DNA of 63,982 nucleotides, the filler included, from an uncultured bacterium (GTDB lineage: Bacteria > CAZDME01 > JAYEMH01), in the NCBI GenBank assembly GCA_964506785.1. It is 7 parts of 7 records of this genome, joined end to end, with 100 filler letters (N's around TTAATTAATTAA, not from the genome) between each part and the next. Parts side by side here need not be neighbours in the genome. Positions count along the whole stretch, not along the records: positions 40,250 to 49,498 come from CAZDME010000051.1; positions 49,599 to 58,424 come from CAZDME010000054.1; 5 more parts are not named here. One strand, written 5' to 3'. The notes beneath the pieces are model-generated. The model was not told where the DNA came from, did no database searches, and saw only the letters and a list, made by a program, of their open reading frames with translations. The translations under genes and the position numbers were made by a program. This document shows positions 41,268 to 50,527 of this stretch, one piece after another (the stretch's first letter is position 1; each line of letters begins with the position of its first letter).

Positions 41268-41624
41268 ATGGACATTAAAATCATAAAAAATAAAATATCC
41301 CTGCCGGCACTTAAGGAAATTGCCCGGGTTAACTACGGCAATATGGTTAAAGGGGTGGTTGATCTCCAATTGAAATTTCTAGCCCTGGGAGGAGAACTCC
41401 ATGCAGATGCAGAAGCCCTTTTGATTCAAGAAGGCTCTCAGCAGAAAAATCTCTGGGGTTTTAATATTTATCCCGATAAACCGGATGATGAAAGGATAGA
41501 ATATACTTCTTTGATTAATATACGGCCGTCGCAGGGAAATCTTTCTTTAGAGATTAAAAATGACGATTTAAGGGCCCGAATGCGGCAAATCATTGCCTCC
41601 CTGATAGAAGGTAAAAATGGATAA
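41268..41624 (+). CDS. DUF5674-like protein
   Basis: VKGVVD, GGELHADAE.LL, LWGFNIY, SLINIRPSQGN recalled as the DUF5674 pattern. Confidence 0.7.
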   Translation: MDIKIIKNKISLPALKEIARVNYGNMVKGVVDLQLKFLALGGELHADAEALLIQEGSQQKNLWGFNIYPDKPDDERIEYTSLINIRPSQGNLSLEIKNDDLRARMRQIIASLIEGKNG

Positions 41625-41931
41625 GGATACCTGGTTTAAGCTTACCCCAGGCCAGCAGTTAGGAAATATTGGCAGTGAAATTGCCCGTGCCCGTCATTGG
41701 GATACTCACAAAGATTATTCAAATCGCCAGGAAGCATTAAAACGGGCTTTGGGACTGTTTGATTTAACATTGGATGATCGCCGCTGGGGAGCGGGCCTAA
41801 AAGAGATTGCCCGTTTTCGTGAGGTTGTCGCCGCCTGGTTTTCTGGCCAATCATTCTTTGACATTCCGCTAAAAAGTCTCGAAGATTATTGTGTTAATTT
41901 TGTTATTCAAAAAAAATATAACCCGGAGTAA
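41617..41931 (+). CDS. Conserved hypothetical helical protein overlapping the DUF5674 gene
   Basis: W..L...QQLGNIGSEIARA...ALGLFDLT.DD...KEIARFRE; 8-nt overlap with the upstream gene. Confidence 0.7.
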   Translation: MDKDTWFKLTPGQQLGNIGSEIARARHWDTHKDYSNRQEALKRALGLFDLTLDDRRWGAGLKEIARFREVVAAWFSGQSFFDIPLKSLEDYCVNFVIQKKYNPE

Positions 41932-41937
41932 AATTCC

Positions 41938-43272
41938 ATGATTGGCAAAATTTTTAAAAAAACCGATAAAATGGCAAGAATCGTAAAATTTTTCCTTATA
42001 TGTTCGTTTCTTTTATCTTTCCTGGTGAATAAGGCCGGGGCGGAGGAGAAATCCGCCCCGCTTGATAAAGAAGCGCCCCTGGAGATTACCTGGGAAGAAT
42101 GTCTCCGCCAGGCACGGCAGAATCATCCCGATATAATCGCCGAACTTGAAAAAGTAAAACAGGCCGGGGCAAATAAAGCCATTGCCGTATCCGGGGTTTT
42201 ACCTCAAATAAGCACCAGCCTTTCTGAAAGGACTTCAGAAACATCCACTAAAGATAAAAGCGATACCTATTCATACAGCATCAGCGGGAGCCAGTTGCTA
42301 TTCGACGGATTCAAAACCTCTTATGATATCGCCTCTGCTTCGGAGGATATAAAATCAGCTCGATATAGTCTGGCGGTAACTTCATCCAATGTCAGATTGA
42401 GATTAAGAACGGCTTTTGTCCGGCTTTTAAGGGCCCAGGCACTTTTAAATATTACCGAAGATATTGCCGGCCGCCGCCGGAAAAACTTGGAGTTGGTAGA
42501 ATTGCGTTATGAAGCCGGCCGAGAACATAGAGGTTCTCTCCTAACCGCTCAAGCCGATTTGGCTGAGGCTTCATTTGAAGTAACTCAGGCCGGACGGAAT
42601 ATTGATTTAGCCCAAAGGCAATTGACCAAGGAATTGGGGCGGACTCACCTCATTCCCATTAAAGCCAAAGGGGATTTAAAAATTAAAGATAGCCTTCGGG
42701 AAAAACCTGATTTCGAGCGTTTGTCTGAAAGCATTCCTTTCCTCAAGGAGCTTATTGCCCGCAAAGAAGCGGCTCGATTCGATTTGGAATCGGCTAAGGC
42801 TGATTTCTTTCCTGAGGTTTATGCCAATGCTTCAGCCGGGAGAAGCGATTCCAACTGGCCTCCGGATAAAGACGAATGGTCGGTTGGAGCCAGCCTTTCT
42901 TTTCCTTTATTCGAAGGTGGTTCTCGAATTGCCAGGGTTTCCAAAAGCAAATCTGCCTTCAATCAGGCCGAGGCGGACAAAAGAAGCGGCCGGGACAGCC
43001 TTATTTTAACCCTGGAGGAAACCTGGATAGACCTGCAGGATGCCATAGACAAGCTCATCGTCCAGCAAAAGTTTTTGGAGGCATCGAAGGAACGCGCCAG
43101 GATAGCCCAGGCCCAGTATTCCACCGGCCTTATTTCATTCGATAACTGGATAATAATTGAAGATGATTTAGTTAGAGATAAAAAATCTTTGTTAGATGCT
43201 CAGGCTAATCTCTTGATTGCCGAGGCTAACTGGATTCAGGCAAAGGGAGGTACATTAGATGACCAGGAATAA
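41938..43272 (+). CDS. TolC family outer-membrane efflux protein
   Basis: Signal peptide, two OEP repeats (LPQIS/QLLFDG; FPEV/FPLFEGG), RYEAG and QYSTG. Confidence 0.88.
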   Translation: MIGKIFKKTDKMARIVKFFLICSFLLSFLVNKAGAEEKSAPLDKEAPLEITWEECLRQARQNHPDIIAELEKVKQAGANKAIAVSGVLPQISTSLSERTSETSTKDKSDTYSYSISGSQLLFDGFKTSYDIASASEDIKSARYSLAVTSSNVRLRLRTAFVRLLRAQALLNITEDIAGRRRKNLELVELRYEAGREHRGSLLTAQADLAEASFEVTQAGRNIDLAQRQLTKELGRTHLIPIKAKGDLKIKDSLREKPDFERLSESIPFLKELIARKEAARFDLESAKADFFPEVYANASAGRSDSNWPPDKDEWSVGASLSFPLFEGGSRIARVSKSKSAFNQAEADKRSGRDSLILTLEETWIDLQDAIDKLIVQQKFLEASKERARIAQAQYSTGLISFDNWIIIEDDLVRDKKSLLDAQANLLIAEANWIQAKGGTLDDQE

Positions 43273-44227
43273 AAAATGGAGCCTTTATCTTATCTTAGTG
43301 ATTATAGCCGTGGTCTCAATTAGTTTAATAATCAGGATGAAGAAAAATAAGGTTTCTCCCGAGGTTATCCGGGAGATAACCCCCGTTTATGGCAGTATCC
43401 AGACCTTTATCTCCACCACCGGTACCGTTAAGCCGCAGAATCGCCTGGAGATAAAACCGCCGATTAGCGGCCGAATTGAAGAGGTTAAAGTTTTAGAGGG
43501 TGAGAAAGTGAAGACTGGCGATATTCTTGCCTGGATGAGTTCCACCGAAAGAGCCGCTCTTTTAGATGCGGCCCGAGCCCAGGGTGAAAAAAGCTTGGCT
43601 TATTGGCAGGAAACTTATAAACCTACACCTTTAATTGCCCCTATTAACAGCGAGGTTATCGTCCGGGCGGTTGAACCCGGCCAGACAGTTTCTTCGTCTG
43701 ATGTCGTTGTTGTCTTATCGGATCGTCTCATTGTCAAGGCGCAGGTTGATGAAACCGATATTGGCAAGGTAAAGGTCGGCCAGATGGCCTTAATCAGCCT
43801 GGATGCCTATCCGCAGGTAAAGGTAAAGGCCAAGGTTGACCATGTTTCCTATGAATCAGATATTATCAATAACGTTACCATTTACGAAGTCGATATCCTT
43901 CCCGAAAAAGCGCCTGAGGTATTTCGCTCGGGGATGAGTGCTAATGTGGATATTATTGAAAAAGACAAAGAGAACATTTTAGTTATTCCCCTGGCCGCCG
44001 TCAGCCATGATAAAAAGGACAATTTTGTTCTTTTAAGCCAGGGAAAGCTTAAAAAACCCCGCAAACATAAAATCGAAATCGGCATTTCCGACGATAAAAA
44101 TGTCGAGATTATTTCCGGCCTTGAAGAAAAAGATAAAATAATTATAGAAACCCAGCAGTACCTGCCTTCAAAAAACAGCGCCTCTGGCGGAAGTCCTTTT
44201 ATGCCTATGGGCAGAAAGAAGCGATAA
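43259..44227 (+). CDS. Efflux periplasmic adaptor (MacA-like, very short hairpin)
   Basis: N-terminal TM, ISGRIEEV...GEKVKTGD, IAPI, VDETDIGKVKVGQ, RSGMSA. Confidence 0.88.
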   Translation: MTRNKKWSLYLILVIIAVVSISLIIRMKKNKVSPEVIREITPVYGSIQTFISTTGTVKPQNRLEIKPPISGRIEEVKVLEGEKVKTGDILAWMSSTERAALLDAARAQGEKSLAYWQETYKPTPLIAPINSEVIVRAVEPGQTVSSSDVVVVLSDRLIVKAQVDETDIGKVKVGQMALISLDAYPQVKVKAKVDHVSYESDIINNVTIYEVDILPEKAPEVFRSGMSANVDIIEKDKENILVIPLAAVSHDKKDNFVLLSQGKLKKPRKHKIEIGISDDKNVEIISGLEEKDKIIIETQQYLPSKNSASGGSPFMPMGRKKR

Positions 44228-44289
44228 GATAGCTTCATTTATCCGCTTTTATATTTATCTTCTGCCCGGAGGGAAAGGCGCAAAAAAAT

Positions 44290-46254
44290 ATGATAGAATT
44301 AAAAAATGTCAGCAAGACCTATCAGATGGGTAAGGTAGGGGTGCATGCCCTCGGTAATGTTTCTTTGAAGATTACCCCCGGAGAATTTATTGCCATTATC
44401 GGCCCTTCCGGTTCGGGGAAATCCACCCTCCTTCATATCTTAAGTTTTTTAGACAGGCCCGATTCCGGCTCATACCATTTATGGGGCAAGGAAATAAATA
44501 AACTTAGCGATGATGAATTAGCTGTTTTAAGGAATCGTTTGGTTGGTTTTGTTTTTCAGCAGTTTCATCTCCTCCCCAGGATAACCGCTCAGGAAAATGC
44601 CGAGCTTCCTTTGGTTTATGCCGGCAAGCGCCATCTTAAGGAGAAGGCCCTGGAAAAAATTAAAGAAGTTGGTCTCATCCATAGAGCTTCTCATCGGCCC
44701 AATGAACTTTCCGGGGGTGAGCAGCAACGGATTGCCATTGCCCGTTCTTTGGTAAACGAGCCATTAATTATCTTGGCTGATGAGCCGACCGGCAATCTCG
44801 ATAGCAAAAGTGAAGAAGAAATAATCTCGATTTTAGAGGATTTGAATCAAAAGGGCAAAACGGTTATCATGGTCACCCATGAAAAGGAAATTGCCGAAAA
44901 GGCCAAAAGGGTTATTTCTATGCGTGATGGCCGGGTTATCTCTGATGAAATAATCAAAAGAGATTTAGCCAGGCCCTTGCAAACTTCTACCGCCCCATCC
45001 ACGGATAATATTTTATCCCAATCGCATTTAAAGGTAGGGAAAGCTGAGTTTATCGACCATATCCGTCAGGCCATTCACGCTGTTTTTTCCCATAAAATGC
45101 GCTCCATTCTTTCTATGCTGGGTATTCTTATCGGCGTTACCGCCGTCATTGCTATGCTCGCTCTGGGTCAGGGGGCCAAAGAATCTATTTCACAAAGGTT
45201 GGCTTCTTTAGGTTCGAACCTTTTGATGGTCAGGCCCGGTTCCCGCCAGATGAGCGGTATCTCTTTAGAGGCCGGTTCGGTTACCCGCTTTACCATGAAG
45301 GATGCAGACTCTATCGCTAATCTGCCTCAGGTAAAAAGGGTTTCTTCGGCGGTTAGCGGCCGGGCTCAGCTTGTTTATGGCAATAAAAACTGGAATACCC
45401 AGGTTCAGGGCACCGGAGTGGATTATGCCCCGATGCGGGCCGCAGTCCCCACTATTGGCCGGTTTTTTACTGAAAAAGAGATGAAGATGCGCCAGAAGGT
45501 AGTCGTCCTGGGAACTACAATTGTTAAAGAACTTTTTGAAAATGCCAATCCGGTTGGAGAGGTGATTAAAATAAACCGCATAAATTTCCGGGTAATTGGT
45601 GTTATGCCGGAGAAGGGTGCCGCCCATTGGCGTGACCAGGATGATTTAGTGGTTATTCCGGTAACCACGGCTATGTATCGGCTTTTAGGCAAGGAGTATG
45701 TCGATTCGATTGATGTCGAGGTAAAAGAGGCCGATTTAATGGATGCCGCTCAATCCTCAATCAGTAAACTTATTATCCAACGCCACCGGCTCAATGAAAA
45801 GCAAAAAGATTCATTTCAAATACGCAATATGGCTGAGATTCAGGAGACGATAGAAAGTACTGCCCGGACAATGACCTGGCTTTTGGGCTCTATTGCCGCC
45901 ATTTCTCTTTTGGTCGGTGGTATTGGTATAATGAACATTATGCTTGTCTCGGTCACCGAGCGCACCAGGGAAATAGGCCTGCGCAAGGCTCTTGGTGCCC
46001 GCCGCATAGATATTATGACTCAATTTCTTATTGAATCGGTTTTTTTGACCTTTCTCGGCGGCATAGCTGGTATTGCCTTTGGTTTGGGTATTGCCTGGCT
46101 TATGGCTATTTTAGCTGGTTGGGCAACAAAGGTTTCCGCTTTTTCGGTTATTCTGGCCACCACCTTTTCTATTGCTGTCGGTATAGGTTTCGGCCTTTGG
46201 CCGGCCCGTCAAGCAGCCAAACTCAATCCGATTGAGGCCTTAAGATACGAATAA
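44290..46254 (+). CDS. macB: MacB-type ABC transporter, ATP-binding/permease fusion
   Basis: [55 protein letters not shown]. Confidence 0.93.
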   Translation: MIELKNVSKTYQMGKVGVHALGNVSLKITPGEFIAIIGPSGSGKSTLLHILSFLDRPDSGSYHLWGKEINKLSDDELAVLRNRLVGFVFQQFHLLPRITAQENAELPLVYAGKRHLKEKALEKIKEVGLIHRASHRPNELSGGEQQRIAIARSLVNEPLIILADEPTGNLDSKSEEEIISILEDLNQKGKTVIMVTHEKEIAEKAKRVISMRDGRVISDEIIKRDLARPLQTSTAPSTDNILSQSHLKVGKAEFIDHIRQAIHAVFSHKMRSILSMLGILIGVTAVIAMLALGQGAKESISQRLASLGSNLLMVRPGSRQMSGISLEAGSVTRFTMKDADSIANLPQVKRVSSAVSGRAQLVYGNKNWNTQVQGTGVDYAPMRAAVPTIGRFFTEKEMKMRQKVVVLGTTIVKELFENANPVGEVIKINRINFRVIGVMPEKGAAHWRDQDDLVVIPVTTAMYRLLGKEYVDSIDVEVKEADLMDAAQSSISKLIIQRHRLNEKQKDSFQIRNMAEIQETIESTARTMTWLLGSIAAISLLVGGIGIMNIMLVSVTERTREIGLRKALGARRIDIMTQFLIESVFLTFLGGIAGIAFGLGIAWLMAILAGWATKVSAFSVILATTFSIAVGIGFGLWPARQAAKLNPIEALRYE

Positions 46255-46265
46255 TCCTAATTTTT

Positions 46266-47441
46266 ATGAGAAAACATAGACCTCTTCTTTTTTTTCTGGT
46301 CATTTTTTTCTTTTTCACCCTATTTACTCCCGTTTCTACGGCTAAAATCCTCTTTGGCCGCGATTATTATGACGCTCTCCATTATTTTATAAACCGGGCT
46401 GAAGACTCCGTTCTTGTTGCTATGTATTTTATTATTATTACCCCGGATGATTCTGCCAACCCTATCAATCAGCTGGTTAACGATTTAATTAAGGCCAAAA
46501 AGCGGGGAGTAAAGGTAAAGGTGATTTTAGAGGATTCCAAACTCAAGGAAAGCCGCCTGGCTTACCGGGTTTTAAGAGAAAACAATATTCCGGTTTATTT
46601 TGACCGGCCCGGCCGACTTCTGCATTTAAAGGGGATAGTCATTGATGAAAAAATAATTTTTTTGGGTAGTGCCAACTGGTCCAGGGCGGCTCTCTTTGAC
46701 AATTTTGAGGCTTCTTATTTTGACGATTCTCCTCAGGAAGTCCGCGCCTTTAAGGAATATATCGATGGCATCCCTTATCAAAAAGGGGATATTTTCTTGC
46801 CGGAGTCGGAGGGAATAACCCTGCCGGCTGAATTCCTTCTTTCCGTCCCTTCCGGCCGAATTCTCTTAAAGCGCGATGCTTTTAAGCAGTTTGACCTTTA
46901 TCTCTTATTATTAAAAAAGGCTCAAATAAGCGGTGAAAGTTCCTTTAAGATTGACTATGACCGTTTGGCTGAGGAGATGGGCTATACTCCTCCGGAGGAG
47001 CTGGGCCGTTACCGCAGCCTTCATGATTATTATTATGAAAGAATTCACCGAATCCTGAAAAAACTTGAAAAAAACAAGCTGATTAAGTATAAAAAGGGGG
47101 TAGTAAACCTAAAAAAACCGAAAGAAACATCGGAAAAACCGATAATTATCCCTGATGAGTATTGGGAATATGACTATCCGCAAAGATTGTCTCTTCGGGC
47201 TAAGTATATGTATATGATTTCTCTCTATGAAGCCGGCCGTTCCAGCCGTTATCCCTTCTGGTTTCGCAGTCAGCAGGATATGTCCTCTTTTTTTGGCATA
47301 AGCGAGACGACCATCTCGCTGGGACTCCTGGAGCTGGAAGAAAAGGGGCTGATTGAGGTTACCCGGGATAAACCCACTCCGCCTGATTTTGCCGACCGCA
47401 AGGCCAACATCTACCGCCTGCTTCCTTTATCTGCGGAATAA
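46266..47441 (+). CDS. Signal peptide + single-HKD phospholipase D/nuclease domain + C-terminal winged-helix-like region
   Basis: HLKGIVIDEKIIFLGSAN fits HxK(x4)D(x6)GSxN; C-terminus RSQQDMSSFFGISETTISLGLLELEEKGLI is HTH-like. Confidence 0.8.
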   Translation: MRKHRPLLFFLVIFFFFTLFTPVSTAKILFGRDYYDALHYFINRAEDSVLVAMYFIIITPDDSANPINQLVNDLIKAKKRGVKVKVILEDSKLKESRLAYRVLRENNIPVYFDRPGRLLHLKGIVIDEKIIFLGSANWSRAALFDNFEASYFDDSPQEVRAFKEYIDGIPYQKGDIFLPESEGITLPAEFLLSVPSGRILLKRDAFKQFDLYLLLLKKAQISGESSFKIDYDRLAEEMGYTPPEELGRYRSLHDYYYERIHRILKKLEKNKLIKYKKGVVNLKKPKETSEKPIIIPDEYWEYDYPQRLSLRAKYMYMISLYEAGRSSRYPFWFRSQQDMSSFFGISETTISLGLLELEEKGLIEVTRDKPTPPDFADRKANIYRLLPLSAE

Positions 47442-47506
47442 TAGATTACCTATCTTGCTAAAAATTAGTTATTATTTTAGTTGTCATTTGGAAATCGAGT
47501 TTCTGA

Positions 47507-47535
47507 TTGACAAAATAATGGTTATATGATATTGT
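47507..47535 (+). promoter_or_regulatory. Putative sigma70 promoter
   Basis: TTGACA-17 nt-TATTGT with extended -10 TG. Confidence 0.6.
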
Positions 47536-47637
47536 TAAACTCAAGAAGTAAGTGTATAAGAGGTGTGTTTGAAGGGAGAACCTCCACTTTAAAACTAGCT
47601 AAGCTGGTTCTGAACCGGTTAAATGGGAAGGGAAAGT

Positions 47638-47675
47638 AAAACCTTCGCTGAAAATAGCGGAGGTTTTTAATTTTT
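47638..47675 (+). terminator. Intrinsic terminator-like hairpin
   Basis: AAAACCTTCGCT-GAAAAT-AGCGGAGGTTTT stem (one G-U pair) followed by a T-rich tract. Confidence 0.7.
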
Positions 47676-47877
47676 ATGGGGCAATATTTTCTGTTGAGTC
47701 TTTGCTTTTTGGACAGCAAAGAAAAGGATTTATGCTGACGGGAGCGAGAAAGATGGATATCTGTGGTTAACTGGTGGCAGGCAAGGTTGCCGCTATTCCT
47801 GCGTTTCTATGCTTGTTTTGCCTTAGCCCTTGGTCTCTTGATTGTCTATTCTGCCTAGCAAAAAAAGAGCTTTCCAA

Positions 47878-48075
47878 ATGATTTCTATTTCTTTTCTTAT
47901 CACCGCTGGTATTATTTTATTATTAAACCGCGCCGGTCTTATCAAATATCCATTGGTGGTAATTCTCGTTTCCGCCATTATCATTGGTGTTTCTGCCTTT
48001 GCTTTTCGCGGCCGGCTGAATTGCCCTTTTGTCAAAAGGTGCCCGTTTACCATATGCCCTTTTAATAGAAGATAG
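47878..48075 (+). CDS. Small two-TM protein with three C-terminal CPF motifs (possibly a transporter remnant)
   Basis: MISISFLITAGIILLL...PLVVILVSAIIIG...CPFVKRCPFTICPF. Confidence 0.45.
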   Translation: MISISFLITAGIILLLNRAGLIKYPLVVILVSAIIIGVSAFAFRGRLNCPFVKRCPFTICPFNRR

Positions 48076-48172
48076 CCTCTATAAGGCTGTAGGCCCCACA
48101 CGAAAATATATTAAACCGGGCCGCCGATTAGTGGTATAATGATACGGCCCATAGTTTAAAGGTTATACGCAA

Positions 48173-48856
48173 ATGAGTAAACTGATAGCGATAATTGATG
48201 ACGAGCCGGATATTCTGGAATTAGTTTCTCTTCATCTTGAAAAAGCCGGCTTCGAAGTTAAAGGTTTCCCGGATGGAAAAACTTTTTTCAAATCTCTTAA
48301 AAAGAGACTGCCGGATTTAATCTTTTTAGATTTGATGTTACCCGGTGAAGATGGCTTTGATATATGCAAATACTTAAAGAAAGACGATAAAACCTCGTAC
48401 ATCCCCATTATTATGCTTACTGCAAAAAGTGAGGAAACAGATAAAGTCTTAGGTTTGGAACTAGGCGCTGACGACTATGTAACCAAGCCTTTTTCACCCA
48501 GGGAATTGACTGCCCGCCTGAAGGCAGTTTTGAGAAGAAAAGAAAGAAAAGAAAAAGCCGATCGAATTAAAATAGGTAATATTTTAGAGATTGATTTAAA
48601 GAAATTTGAAGTTATGGTCTCTTCCAGGAAAATAGATTTAACCTCAACCGAGTTTCGCATCTTACAGTTTTTAGCCTCCCGCCCCGGCTGGGTATTTAAG
48701 AGAGACCAGATTTTAGAATATCTCTGGGGCGAGGAAAAAATTGTTTTGGATAGGACCATAGATGTTCACATTGCCAATTTAAGGGAAAAACTGGGTAAGG
48801 CCAAAACGCTCGTTAAGAATATAAGAGGGGTTGGGTACAAATTAGAGGAATCATGA
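48173..48856 (+). CDS. OmpR/PhoB-family response regulator
   Basis: DDE, DLMLP, GADDYVTKPF, RTIDVHI, IRGVGY. Confidence 0.93.
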   Translation: MSKLIAIIDDEPDILELVSLHLEKAGFEVKGFPDGKTFFKSLKKRLPDLIFLDLMLPGEDGFDICKYLKKDDKTSYIPIIMLTAKSEETDKVLGLELGADDYVTKPFSPRELTARLKAVLRRKERKEKADRIKIGNILEIDLKKFEVMVSSRKIDLTSTEFRILQFLASRPGWVFKRDQILEYLWGEEKIVLDRTIDVHIANLREKLGKAKTLVKNIRGVGYKLEES

Positions 48857-49498
48857 AGAAGTCGATATTTTTTAAAATTTTTGGAGGTCATCTTTTAATA
48901 ATCGTTTTACTTTCCGTATTGATACTTCTCTTTTCTTTCCGGACGATAAGAACCTATTACATAGATCAAATTGCTTCAAATCTGGAGAATCTCGCTTCAA
49001 CCTTAATGTCACAAATCACTCCTCTTATAGAAAAGGAGCAGTCCGAAGTTATTGATGTAATGGTAAAAGATCTGGGTAGAAAAATAAATACACGCATCAC
49101 GGTCATAGATTCAGGGGGAAAGGTTTTAGCTGATTCCGAGAAGGACCCGAATTTAATGGAGAATCATGCTGACCGGCCGGAGGTTATCCATGCCCTTGGG
49201 GATGATTTTGGCCGTTCCAGCCGATACAGCACGACAGTAAAAGAAGAGATGCTTTATATTGCCCTCCCCCTTAAGAAAGGAAAGGAAACTCTTGGTATTT
49301 TAAGGATGAGTTTATTCCTGAAAGACATCCAGTGTCTCCTGAGTAATTTAAAGCTAAAGGTTTTAAATCTTTCCTTAGTAGCGATAATTTTATCTTTACT
49401 GGGGGCAATTATTCTCTCCCGCAATCTATCCCGTCCGATTAAAGAATTATCCCGGGCATCCCGGCAGGTAGGCTCGGGGGATTTCGATACCAAGGTAT
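48853..49498 (+). CDS. PhoR-like sensor histidine kinase, 3'-truncated
   Basis: Two TMs, RITVID..G.VLADS, MENHADRPE, start of HAMP; ATGA overlap with the regulator. Confidence 0.85.
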
Positions 49499-49598
49499 NN
49501 NNNNNNNNNNNNNNNNNNNNNNNNNNNNNNNNNNNNNNNNNNTTAATTAATTAANNNNNNNNNNNNNNNNNNNNNNNNNNNNNNNNNNNNNNNNNNNN
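49499..49598. other. Artificial contig linker
   Basis: N-TTAATTAATTAA-N. Confidence 0.98.
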
Positions 49599-49625
49599 AT
49601 AATCATGTGTAATAATGATTTCCAT
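49599..49625 (-). CDS. First nine codons of a truncated gene (MEIIITHDY)
   Basis: GAGGGG RBS before ATG 49625; too short to assign (NagB-like or DHH-family start both possible). Confidence 0.4.
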
Positions 49626-49808
49626 AACACCCCTCTTTTTGTTGGTTTTTAAGTCTTAACCATTTTACCATAAAATCTATTTTTTGCAATTTCAAAAAAA
49701 ATGAAGTTTTACGGCCTCTTTGGTAAAATAAGTTGCAGAAGATTTTTTTTGGTGTAAAATGATAAAAGGGAAATAAAGGAGAAATCCCTTTTGCGGGCAG
49801 GGACAGAT

Positions 49809-50459
49809 ATGGATAAAAGCTTTAAAAGGCAAATTTTCCCCTGGTTCTTATTTGTATCTTTTCTTCTTGCCGTATCCGGATGCGCGGCACAAAAACCGAT
49901 ACCATCGGGATTTCTTGGCGATTATTCCTCCTTCACCCAGGAAGAAAGTGATGGGGTAGAAGGGTTATACTGCCAGAAGCACCCTAAAAAAGATTTAGGG
50001 CAGTACTCAAGATTTATAGTTGACCCGGTCATAATCCATCTCCGTCCAGAAGTAGAGGTGGATGAATATAAAGTAACTGCCGAAGAATTAAAGGAATTAG
50101 CTGACTGTTTCCGTAATGAGGTTGTGGCTGTTTTAAAAGACGGCTATGCGGTAGTAAAAAAGCCCGGGGTTGGCGTTATCCGCCTGAGAATTGCCATTAC
50201 CGATGTAGAGCCAAATACACCCTTTCTGAATGTCCACTGGGTGACGAGTTTACCCGGTATGGGTTTAGGAGGTGCCTCAATGGAGGCCGAATTTATTGAT
50301 ACCCAGAGCGGAGAAAGAATTTTTGCTTTTATCGATTCTCGAAAAGGAAAAAGATATAAGAAAATTAAGGGGCTTACCCGGTGGGGACATAGCAAGGATA
50401 TTTTTAAGCAGTGGGCTAATCTGATAAGGGAAAGAATAGATTGCCATCACGGGAAATAA
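49809..50459 (+). CDS. DUF3313-like lipoprotein
   Basis: Lipobox VSGC, SGFLGDYS, RLRIAITD, ASMEAEF.D..SGE. Confidence 0.75.
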   Translation: MDKSFKRQIFPWFLFVSFLLAVSGCAAQKPIPSGFLGDYSSFTQEESDGVEGLYCQKHPKKDLGQYSRFIVDPVIIHLRPEVEVDEYKVTAEELKELADCFRNEVVAVLKDGYAVVKKPGVGVIRLRIAITDVEPNTPFLNVHWVTSLPGMGLGGASMEAEFIDTQSGERIFAFIDSRKGKRYKKIKGLTRWGHSKDIFKQWANLIRERIDCHHGK

Positions 50460-50464
50460 ACAAA

Positions 50465-50492
50465 TGCCCGATTTTTATTACCCCCCGGGCAG
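50465..50492. repeat. REP-like palindrome, copy 3, between convergent genes
   Basis: TGCCCG-15 nt-CGGGCA; same arms as the copies around acpP. Confidence 0.45.
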
Positions 50493-50527
50493 TTAAAACG
50501 AAAAGTTTGCTGCTGTTTCTCTATCTG

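Noticed and set aside
47559-47600. preQ1-like riboswitch (GAGG..CCTC..AAAACTAG)
   Set aside because: Loop length and sequence do not fit preQ1-I and no queuosine-related gene follows
47732-47845. In-frame TGA codons as selenocysteine
   Set aside because: TAA/TAG stops also interrupt the frames here and I see no SECIS-like hairpin or selenoprotein motif
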